Origin: Lama guanicoe
Lineage: Eukaryota
Assembly (NCBI GenBank): GCA_013239625.1
Contig: MU054187.1
Span: 4,289,757-4,353,756 of the forward strand
Direction of reading: 5' to 3'
DNA: 64,000 nucleotides
In this document: positions 53,480 to 64,000 of the stretch, one piece after another
How the letters are laid out: every line of letters begins with the position of its first letter
Position numbering within the stretch: position 1 is the stretch's first letter
Notes under the pieces: model-generated
The model's input: the letters and a program-made list of their open reading frames with translations, nothing else
What the model was told of the DNA's origin: nothing
The model's database searches: none
Program-made: the position numbers and the translations under genes

Positions 53480-54010
53480 GGGGGCTAAAAATAAAAAGAG
53501 TATATTTAGGATGTCGAATGTAAAAAGAAATTAATTAATTCAGTGGCATGAACAATAAGGAAATTCTCGTTCCTTGAAGAAAAATCCCAGCGCTGGCCTC
53601 CTTCAAAGTTAGTTAATTCAGCATCTCAGTGATGTCATCAAGGAGCAAGCTCTTTACGACTCTCTTCTCCGCCAGACTTCGGCCAGCACTGTCATGGTCA
53701 CAAGCTGGCTCCCCCAATCCCAGTGACAGGGGCATCACGCTGTTTCTTTCTCCATCTTTCTTCTTGATTAGAAACCCTCTGAAGCCTCCCAGCTTTCCCC
53801 CTCTTTTCTCTTTAACCAGCATTGAGTCACAAATCCTCTTCTAAGCCAATCACTGCTGAAGGGAATAAAATCACTCTGATTGGCTCAAATTGGTGAGGGT
53901 TTATCCATAAGCCGTGGATGTATTGGGTCGGGGGCTGAAAACTGCTCACAAATATGGACTTCTGCATCAGGGGAGAGGAGAGAAACGGTTTAGGGATGGC
54001 CAACAATATG
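53480..54010 (-). mobile_element. Old MLT1 (J/K-like) LTR remnant
   Basis: ttaattcagcatctcagtgatgtcatcaagga...agccaatcactg...ctctgattggctc. Confidence 0.5.
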
Positions 54011-55999
54011 TCCTTTAGTCCTCCACACTGATCTATCCAAGAACCTAAGGAAAGCAGCTTCCCTTTTTCTTACAATGTCTGGACATGGTGCGCTGTAGGC
54101 TGAGATGTGAATCTGGAGACGACAAAAAGTATATTAACATACTATTGATCGGAGTCAGAGACAGGCATTTTTCATAAAGTTATTCATCAGTTTAAAAAGG
54201 AGATCAAAGGTAAATTTTTCCTGCACCTGTGCAGTGAATTTTCTCTCTCCCTTCCACCTTTTTATGAATCCCAATACATCTCAGCCAGCGAAGATGGTAG
54301 AGGGCCTAAGACACAGTTCTTCTCCTGATATTTTAAAAGAATTCATTATACCAGATGGTAATAGTTTGAAGCGCGTTGCTCAATGCAGGGTTGAAGGTAC
54401 TTGCTAACAGCCCAAGCAGCCTGGTACAGCTTGATAAGAGTTGCCAAGGAGACAGGTGGCCGGTTTAATGATAGCTGATCTGATAACAGCCCTTTCAAAG
54501 GCTTCACACAGTCAAGGAGGGGAGGGAAAGTGAGGTAGAAACAAAAGAGGCTGAGATGAGTAGGTGTATTGAGAAGGTGTCCCTGCTCCCTCGCGTTTCC
54601 CCTTCCCGTCTCAGCACCAAATGACAGGATAGCGACATAGCTTGCATACGGCTGAATCGCTTATCGACAGGTGCACAGTGCCCCCTCACCAAGCTAATTT
54701 GTGTTCTGCTGGTGCGGGCCAGGGCACAACGAACAGAATTACATGGGGTATGAAAGAGTGAAGCGACCTCGGGAGGTCTCATTCAATTAGCTTTGCCACA
54801 GAACACCTTTCCGTGTAAATTGACATCACTAGTGAAATGTACCCTCCCAAACCCAACCAGGAGCAAAGCCTGAGGTGAGCCCAGGCTCAGATTCTCCCTG
54901 AATTTGTGCTTTGTGCCGTGAGAAATTTATTTTTCATATTCTCAAGTCTCTCCGTGGCCTGCTATTGGAAGTTTCTGGGCACAGCAAAAGCTATTTAATT
55001 ACCTAATTTTTAATGTGGGCTGCAAAGAAAGAACCTCTGAGCTAATCTGTCTATTAACACTAAAGTAAGATAAAGTTAAGACTCTTTGCATAGTCGTTTG
55101 GGGATTTTTTTTTCCTTTAAGTCAGGAAAAGAACTATTTACATAACAAGAAGTTTAACATTTAAGTACATTTTTATAATTGACTGTATTATTCTTTGATC
55201 TTAAGGAGATGAAATGGACAAGCTGAAGTTCTCTTCCATTTTCTTAATGGATAACACATTTTATATTTCATATACTAGGAGTCCTGGGTCTGGGACCATG
55301 TAACGCTTTTGGCTTTCCCATAGCCACCCCGACACCCCCCAGAATTTGGATAACTTGACATTCTTGATGTCCTCATGGAGCAAATACATCTTCTAAATCC
55401 TCTTCAAGAGTCGGAACTAATTTCTCCAGAATGTTTGTTGACACATGCTGTTAATCTTGAACAACTTTCTGCTGGTAACTAACTGGTGGATTTAGTGGTT
55501 AGCAGGAGAGAGCCTTTGAGTAAGTCTGCAGTCCATCCACAGTTTAAAATAGAAAGTTGTAATCCACTAATTGTGCAGGATTTTAGTTCATTTTGTTTTG
55601 GAAAAACAACAAAGAATATAAATTTGTTACGATTCGGTAACCAAGTTTCTGAAGGACAAAATCAAGTTTCTTAAAAATAAGCCATCACATTGAAATGGGT
55701 ATGAAAGTCTAAAAGAAGAATTGCATTTTACTTACAAGGTATACATGGCGAAAGGGAAAATTATGCAGTTTCCGCAGTGGCATCATGAAGCTGCAGCACC
55801 GGGAGGGCGCTCGGGAGAAAGGAGAGCTGCAGGGCTCGCTCTTCTGTTTCCAGGAGGACGGTCCCATCATCTTTATTCTTTAAAACTGAAAAGAAGAAAA
55901 ACATGTCACTTCATAACAAATCACACCACAGTCCATTTTGAATCTCAAATATTTATTTAAATATTCTGTATTTTCTTAATCCTACCTAATTCATTGATG

Positions 56000-56765
56000 T
56001 TTTGTCATTGAAGGCATCTGGTCCTAGACCTCTCTTTGTTAGGAAGATTTTGATGCTGGTTCAAATCAGCTCCAGGATTTCTGTTTGGTTCCTTTTTTAT
56101 AGTTTCTGTCTCTGTATTGATATTCTCATTTTGTTCATCCGTTGTTACCCTAACTTCCTTTAGTTCTTTGTCCATGTTTTTCTTTAGCTCTTTGAGCATA
56201 ATTAAGACATGTTTTAAAGTCTTTGTCTAGGAAGTTTGATATCTGAACTTCCTTAGGGATGGTTTCATTGCATTTTTTTAGGTGGACCATACAGTCCTGT
56301 TTCTTTCTATACCTTGTGATTTTTTTTGGTTGTTGTTGAATATTGGATATTTGAATGTCAGATTATCTCCCTGCCTGAGTTTTCTGGGATTTTTTGGTTG
56401 TTAAAGACTGTAACTGTCCATTTATTTAATGGCTTTCCCAAATTATAGTTGCAAAGACACTATTACCTATTGTGTATGGTCACTGAGGTCTCTGTTCTTT
56501 AATTTGTGTTCAGCCAGTGTTTTGACAGAGATTTCTCTGAACTCCAGAAGCTAAAGCCAACAACAAGAAGAAACTCTCTCAGTTAGCGATTGTCTCTGTG
56601 CCAAGGGATTCCTTCAACATTGAGCCAGGATTTCGTTGAGCCTAAGGTGAAAGCTTAGGCTCCTCTCAGGTCTTTTTAAGCCTGTGTCATGCCCTGAGTG
56701 TACATGCACACAGCCTTCTAAATTCCCCCGTACATGTGGGTGCTTTTGTATGTCCCAATTTTCCA
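56000..56765 (-). mobile_element. L1M ORF1/5'-region fragments
   Basis: ORF 56005-56199 resembles the L1 ORF1 coiled coil (MLKELKKNMDKELKEV...QNENINTETETIKK); joined to an ORF2-like piece (catctggtcctaga). Confidence 0.75.
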
Positions 56766-57334
56766 AAGAAACTCTCCCATCAAGGGGGCTCCGTCTGCAT
56801 GACCTCATGCAGACCCAGTCCCCTCCCCAAGGCCTCGCTCCAAATGCCACCACACTGAGGATTAAGGAAATCTGTGGATTCTAAGGGGCAAGTAATTTTG
56901 TTTTATTTAATATATGTGGGTAAATATCAAATCTTCTTACCCAGTCATATTTGTCCTTTCCAGACATAAATAATAATTGAGCTGATTGTTACATTTCTGG
57001 GCCACAACATTGCTCCTTCAAAATTCTGGAGCTAATAAAGATTCCATTATTTGCTAGAAATTAGTAACTAGGCCAGAATTAATTTTATTTCTCTGCCTAT
57101 AGTCTATTTTCTTTTACCAAATAATTTAAAATTTTTCTTTATGCTATTAATTGACAATTTTAGCTGGATAATATGTAAGTATAGGTCATTTTTCATTAAT
57201 AGTTCCTGGACCAAAAAAGTACTTTGACCTAAATACATATTTTTACTTTAACATCTAGGAGGTCTTTTTCAATTATGTACAATTGTAGCTTCTATTCTCA
57301 TTGTTCTGAATTCTTCTTCAGGAATATTTATAAT

Positions 57335-58810
57335 TTTTTAAGGCTTTATTTTTTAAAAAGTTTTAGGTTCACAGCAAAACTGAGGGAAAGATACAGAGAT
57401 TTCTCATTTATTTTCTGCCCTCATACATGCATAACCTCCCCCATTATCAAAATCTCCCACCAGAGTGACACATTTGTTACAATTGATGAACCTACATTAA
57501 CATAATCCATAGCCCACAGCTTGGCTTAGGGTTCACTCTTGGTGTTGCACGTTCTATGGGTTTAGACACATGGATAATAATGTGTATCAATCATTATAGT
57601 GTCACATAGAGTATTTTCACTGCCCTAAAATGCCTGTTCATCCATGCCCCCAACTACACGGCCTGAAATCACCCATCATTTTACTGTCTCCATAATGTTG
57701 CCTTTTCCAAAATGTCATATAACTGGAATTACACAGCACGCAGCCTTTTCAGATGGCCTTCTTTCACTTAATAACATGCATTTTAGTTTCCTCTATGTTC
57801 TTGTCATAGTTTGACAGCTCATTTCTTTTTAAGACTTAATAATATTCCATTGTCTGGATGTATCATGGTGTATTTACCCATTCACCTGTTGAAAAACATC
57901 TTGGTTGCTTCTGCGTTTTGGCAGTTATGAACAAAGCTGCCATAAACATCCATGCGCAGGGTTTTTTGTGGACATAATTTTCAACTCCTTGGGTAATCAT
58001 CCAGGAACACAATTGCTAGATCATGTGATTTGAGTATGATTAGTTTTGTAGGGAACTGCCAGACTCTCCCAAAGTGTTTGCACGAATTTGGATTCTCATC
58101 AGCAATAAATGAGCCCTTTCTCTCCACATCTTCACGAGCATTTGCTGTTATCTGTGTTCTAGATTTTGGCCACTCTAATAGCTCTGTTGTACTCTCGTTG
58201 TTTTAATTTATATTTCCCTGATGACATATGATGTGGGGGCATTTTTCAAATGCTTATTTCTCATCTGTATATCTTTTTTGGTGAGGTGTCTGTCAGGGTC
58301 TTCGGTCTATATCTTAGTTGAGTTGTCTGTTTTCTTATTGTTGAGTTCTAAGAGTTCTCTGTATATTTTGGATAACAGCCCTTTATCAGATATTTTATTT
58401 GCAAATATTTTCTCCCAGTCTAAGGGTCATCTTCTCATTCTCTTGACATTATCTTTCACCAAGCAAACATTTTTAATTTTAATAAAGTGCAGCTCATTAA
58501 TTATTTCTTCCATGGATCATTCCTTTGGTGTTGTGTCTAATAAGTCATCGCCACGACCAAGGTCATCTACATTTCCCCCTATGTCACTATCTAGGAGTTT
58601 TATAGTTTTGTGCTTTTAGATTTATGATTCATTTCAAGATAATTTTTGTGACAAATGTAAGGACTGCTTAGATTCATGATTTTGCACGTGACTCTTCAGT
58701 TGTTTAACCATTTGTTGAAAGACTATCTTTATTTCATTGTATTTCCTTGGCTCCTTTGTCAAAGATCGGTTGGCTGTATTCACATGGGTCTATTTAGGGG
58801 CGCTCTATTC
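57335..58810 (-). mobile_element. L1MC1-like 3' UTR and ORF2 fragment
   Basis: ttttaggttcacagcaaaactgag...acatttgttacaattgatgaacctacatt...ttttgcaaatattttctcccagtct. Confidence 0.9.
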
Positions 58811-59139
58811 TACAATGTAATTTTTAGGTGGAATTTCTTTTCTGTGCCTTTTATGACTTTTAGTTTCCTCTTTTCTTTTCCCACTGATCCCTGGAAGATT
58901 TTCTTAATTTTTCCTTCATGTCCATAATTTAATGTTTGTACCATGTCATTTCTTTTTCTCAAACTAGTCCCAATGCAAATTTTGATTCTGTCATTCTATT
59001 AATTTTTTGTAGTCCTTGTGTATTTCACTCAAGTCTGTTTTAATTTTAATTTTACTATGAATCTTCTCATGCTCTGCTTTGTTTTACTCTTACTCTAAGT
59101 AGTGGGTCTTTGCTGTTTGCTTCTCCGGTTTTCATTTCC

Positions 59140-59510
59140 TCTATTCCGAGCCAAGGCTTCTGGTTTACGTTGGAGAGTCACTGTAGTCTTGGTGACCTGA
59201 CAGGTCTCAGAGAAAGGCAGGGGTCTTGGGCTGAAGCCACTCAATAAAATCATCTTCAGCCCCAGCAACTGATTCCACGAAGAGCATCTGACCTGACCAG
59301 CCAATGAAACTACAAGAACATGTGCTGGGTGAAAGGCGCTGCTCTGTTTCCATGGATACAGAACCCAAAAGGTGTGACTGGAGCTCTTGCAGCCATCCTT
59401 CTGCCAAAAAGAAAGATTTTCCGAGGCTAGAACCCACAGAGAGGACGATGGTCCTCCTCTTAAAGATATGGACAGTGAGAGATCATTCTGCAAGGGCAGC
59501 ATTTGGGCCT
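59140..59510 (+). mobile_element. Old MLT1 LTR remnant
   Basis: catctgacctgaccagccaatgaaac...ctggagctcttgcagccatcctt. Confidence 0.4.
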
Positions 59511-60237
59511 CTCCATGCAGCAGGGTGGAAAGCCAGCATTACTCCTGCACATTTCACACAAGGGGGTCCATTAAGTCCCTTTCTGCTAATGCCAGTTTGT
59601 ACTGGGCTTTCTGTCTACTGCAACAGAGTCATAATTAGTGGAACCCATTCTCTTACTGCTTTGTGGACCTGTTCCACAGAGATCATTTTTTCTTTTATCC
59701 TATTGATGGATATTCCTTTAGGAGATATTCTAAATATTCTGATGGTTCCCACAATAAGGCATTTGAAGGCCGTTTCACTGAGCCTTTAGGATAACATTTC
59801 CTGTTCTCAGGTGCCAGAAAAGGGGAAGAATTTTTTTTTCTTTCCGGAGAGCTTTGGCCAGGGCGTGTGTTTCCCTTGGCCCCCCTGCAGAGGCTAATTA
59901 GTCTAATTTTCAGCTGAATTCCCAGTGCCCAGCGGCCGTCACCCGATGCTACTCTGGAAAAGGACCTCCACTCTTTCCACTTGGACCATTTGCACTGCAA
60001 ATTCTTAGAGTAGCTGCCGCTTTCTAGCTGGAAATTCGATAAAACTTTGTGCCTTCTGATTGGAACAGTGTTGCTGTAGAGGAGTCAAGAGTGACCCTTG
60101 ACCCAGCACATCGGTGTGAATTGGCAGGGCAGTAGGAGAGGTGGTTTCCTGTGATTTAGCTGTTAAGCCACAGAGCATGAAGCACATGTGATGTTTTCAA
60201 GGTCTTATATTTTGTTGTGTATGGAGAGGCAGTTGGC

Positions 60238-61050
60238 TTTATTGGCATACAATTGACAAAATTTTATATATTTAAGGTGTGCAATATGATGGTTTGATAT
60301 GTGTATACATGAGAAATGTGGTGCAACGATTACCAAAATCAAGCTAATTAGCATCCATTACCTCACATAGTTACCTTTTTTCCTGTGATGAGAACACTTA
60401 AAATCAACTCTCTTCACAAATCTGAAGTACACAGTACAGTGCTATCAGCTGTAACCACCATGCTGTCCATTAGCTGCCCCAGAACCTACTCATCTTATGG
60501 GTGAAAGTTTGGACCCAAGGACCAGCTTCTCCCCATTTCACACGGCCCCCAGCTCCTGGAAACTTCCATTCTCCTCTCAGATTTCTGAGCTCTAATTGTT
60601 AAGATTCCGCATGTGAATGAGCTCATGTGCTATTTGTCTTTCTACACCTGGCTTACTTCACTTAAGCACGGCGTCCTCCAGGTCCATTCGTGTTGTCGAA
60701 TGGCAGGATTTCCTTCCTTTTCTAGCTGAATAGGATTCCATCATAGACAATATAGAGAGATAGAAGATGGAGGTAGAGAGGGAGAGAGAGAGGGAGAGAG
60801 ACATAGAGACATAGAGAGATAGAGAGAGAGCTAGATAGATAATAAAGTCATGTTTTCCTTATCCATTCATCCGCTGAGAGATGTGCAGGTCACCACCTAC
60901 TGGTAACTGTGCATAACGCTGCCATGAAGATGGGACGTCAGTTATCTCCTTGATACTGACTTTATTTCCCTTTGATATGTACACAAAAGTAGGATTGCAG
61001 GTGCATAGGGTAGATCTATCTTAACTTTTAGGGGACCCTCCCTACTGTCA
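60238..61050 (-). mobile_element. L1MA8/9-like 3' fragment containing an (AG)n/(GATA)n microsatellite at ~60750-60840
   Basis: tatatatttaaggtgtgcaatatgatg...aatcaagctaattagcatccattacctcacatagttacc. Confidence 0.9.
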
Positions 61051-62326
61051 AGACACTTAAGTTTTAGCGCCTCCTGCCCTCTGAGGGCTGGGTTACTCAT
61101 GTCACGAATGCCTCACTTAGTTCCCAGCCACTTGCAGTTGAACTGAAGAGAAGTCTGCAGCTAGACGTGTCGAGTTCTTTCATTCCAGCGAGACCGAAGT
61201 ACATTCGAGAAGTTTCACGGCTCACCCAACGAGACCTACGTTCTCAACATGTCCCACCTCCAAGCTCCACAGCCACTTATATGGGAAGGTTGAAAAGATT
61301 TTGGGGGGAAAAGGATGTCAGAAGTCTTCAGAACATAATAGCAGGTTTAAAGCCATTTGTAGGATCACATAGTATCAACAGACGCGCTCTGACATCATAA
61401 CACTAGTAAGAAATAAAACTATTTACAGAAATGCCCTAAATCATGTGATAAGATTTTCCTAATAAATGAAGCTACACGAGCAGACAGGATAGACTCCCAC
61501 TAGCCCTAGAGAGCTGAAGGGCTCTCAAAATAAATAGTTTTAGAGCCTCGTATTTCTGCCTGGCATTTTATTACATTTAGAAACTTCAACTGCTCTTGCT
61601 TTAGCTTTTGGCATTTAAAAATAAAGACTAGTTTTATGGACACTGCTCAAGTTTTAATGGTGATTATGAGTAATGAAAGGCATTAATGTTTAAAATTTAG
61701 AAGTTATGCCAGAATCAGCATTAGGGGCTGCTATTAGCACAATTGAGGTAGATTTCATGTTCCTAATTTAATTGAAAGTCATTGCTCTAATTTCCTTTCC
61801 TATAAAGCCATGGAAATCCAATGCTGTCTGATATAATAAGCAAGCCCACGTTACAGTGCCTTTCTGTTCAGTAACTTCCGTGCTGTTTCCGTGTTTACTG
61901 AGGTTACATGAGGCTTTCCTGCCCTAGGACTGTTTGTTTTTTTTTTTGTATTCCATAAAGTTTGCCTCTGGGAGACCCTGTTAGGCCTCTGGGAAGGGTT
62001 AAAGAAATGCAAAGACTTCTCTGAGGCTGGTTATTGAAAACAATTTCTTCCATTGATGGTGATGTCTATATACAAAAACCCCTAATAGCACTGACAGAAG
62101 AACTTGATGGAAATTTAAATTAATATAAAAATTTAGATGGCGGTGGAGCAAAAGAAAGAGGCTGAAACAAGGCACTCAGAGCATCAGATTTTGTCTCAAG
62201 ACTTTTTGTCAACTGTGCCCAGAAGCTGAATTAGCGGAGGGGGCAGGGGGATAAAAGACACGTTAACCTGAATAAGAAAATGAAAGGTTGCAAATGGAAA
62301 AAGCCTGGGGATTTTGCATTTTTCAG

Positions 62327-62440
62327 AATCTATGAGGCGAGACTAAAGTCCAGACCTGCATACGCCTCCAGCCGAGAGCATCTTCCCAGCGCCCTTTTCC
62401 CCAGCTGGCACACGCAGCATCTGTGTCTCTCAATCTGAAG
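62327..62440 (+). other. Candidate 114-nt non-coding exon
   Basis: ttttgcatttttcag acceptor; AAG|GTAAGT donor; stop codons in all three frames. Confidence 0.4.
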
Positions 62441-63466
62441 GTAAGTATTTTCACCAAGAATTGTATGTGTTCTAAATTTATTTGCACTGGAGATAGGAAT
62501 TCTTTACATTTAATAAGGTCTCAAATGCAATTGATACAGAGTGCTTATAGCAGCAATTTTTAAATATTCATGAAAATATTATTATTCAATTTGCTACTTT
62601 TTTCAGCTGAAAGTAGACCATTAATAATCCATTTCCATCTTCTGAGAGTACATCAGACAGGAATCTGCAAGGGCAGAATGTGTACGTTTGCGAGCTCAAG
62701 AAAACCACTGTGACAGTGACTGTCCAGCAGCCGAAAAGGGACAGATCCAACTGTACTAAAATTATGGTGGTGTCAGAAGTTAAAATCTGTGTAAATAAAA
62801 CTGAAAAAAAATCGAGTGTATGGGGCAGAGGGCATGTAAGGAAGCGCGAGAGGGAAGTGGCATCTTTCTGTTGGTAGACAGATAAGTGAGGGCACCGGGC
62901 AGACAGGTGGAGGGCGGGGAGGAGGGTCTGGAAGGTGGCATCATGCCCACCTCCAGCATGAAGGGGCTTTGCTTCCTCTAAACGAGTGCCAGCAGGAAGC
63001 TGGTTAGAACTCAACAGCTGCAAGTGTGCGGTAGCAGCAGGGACCTAACCGGACATGACCCAGTGCTCACTGTAATATAATTAGCATTGCAGTTCAGGCC
63101 CCTCCATGGATTTTTCTGGGTGCATCATGGCTAAGGACATGCAATTTCCCACTTGATGTAACTCCGCAGGCCTATCCTCCAGGTCTTCCAGCTAATCTTA
63201 CAATAACAGTTCATGTTAATCTCCAACCTTCAGATGGAAATAACAAAGGGAGAGAAGTTCAGTGCTTGGTCCAAGGTTCTCCATCCTGCACATTTTACCA
63301 GCTCTCATCACCCACTCATGACATAGAAATATGCAATTCTTTGGTCACATTGCTTATGCTCTGTCCTTTACTAATACAGGAAATGGCTTTAAAACTTTCC
63401 ACATGGACAGTCACCTGATTGGTGATTATTACTATCACTTGGGAATAAGGGAGCTATTGAAAATCA

Positions 63467-63612
63467 GGAGGGAGGGTAGAGCTCAAGTGGTAGAGCACAT
63501 GCTTAGCATGCATGAGGTCCTGGGTTCAATCCCCAGTTCCTCCTGTATGAGTAAATAAGTAAACCTAATTATGTCTCCCCACCAAAAATAAAAAAAGAAG
63601 AAGAAGAAGAAA
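63467..63612 (+). mobile_element. Camelid tRNA-derived SINE (Vic-1-like)
   Basis: gagggtagagctcaagtggtagagcacatgcttagcatgcatgaggtcctgggttcaatcccc, then taaacctaatta and an A/(GAA)n tail; flanking gaaaatc repeat. Confidence 0.92.
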
Positions 63613-64000
63613 GAAAATCTACTCCAGGTCAGCCTACCAGAGTCCCCCATCTTTACTGCACCCCGTGGCTGTGTCTGAAGCTTTCATTCAAGAAAGTCCC
63701 TGCACTGTAGCCTTGCCGGCGGAGGTGAAGCTGGCGTGGGCTACGGACGCATTAGCGCTCTCTCCCCATGTAGGCGGTGTCCAACTTGGGAAGTTATACA
63801 GTTGACAAGCTCATGTGTTACAGCAGTAATTTAGGTCTGGAACATATTGTGTCACAAATGGTAGTTAGGTTTTAAGGCAAGACCACAAATGCTGTCTCAT
63901 GCGTAAGGAACCGAAATTAACGCACTAATGCACAATTTCAATCATGCTGAAGCCCATTGTGAACTTTGTATCTTTAGAAAAATGCAGCCTGAAACCCAAA

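Noticed and set aside
58221..58619. 132-aa hydrophobic ORF resembling a membrane protein
   Set aside because: Antisense reading of L1 ORF2 sequence.
62586..63023. 145-aa minus-strand ORF
   Set aside because: Non-ATG start, no recognisable domain and no convincing donor; consistent with chance.
63467..63545. tRNA-Ala-like gene (also 40293-40370 and 45165-45236)
   Set aside because: Degenerate stems, SINE-specific tail, A-tail and TSDs indicate tRNA-derived SINEs.
1..64000. Known miRNA, snoRNA or processed pseudogene
   Set aside because: None recognised by eye; an Infernal/Rfam, miRBase and BLASTX search is needed to exclude them properly.

Overview
Mammalian genomic DNA, most likely camelid (alpaca/llama/camel). 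That call rests on tRNA-derived Vic-1-like SINEs with the 'taaataaacctaattac' tail and camelid-type L1 3' ends, recognised by eye and not database-checked. The window is repeat-rich (L1 fragments of several ages, MaLR/ERV LTRs, MIR, Tigger2/MER3/MER5 DNA elements, micro- and minisatellites) and looks intergenic or intronic. I could not recognise any known protein-coding gene, and the listed ORFs look incidental. Non-repeat structure: two CpG islands (~16.1-16.6 kb, ~39.8-40.3 kb); a well-formed TATA promoter followed by a candidate three-exon transcript (26.0-27.5 kb) with one frame open across both splice junctions; scattered exon-like segments on both strands, suggesting lncRNA-type transcripts; and three ~0.5-kb near-identical tandem duplications within 4.7-8.8 kb, which are either false (haplotype) duplications in the assembly or a recent local duplication cluster. 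I found no convincing evidence of a new multi-gene system. Repeat boundaries are approximate and subfamily names tentative.
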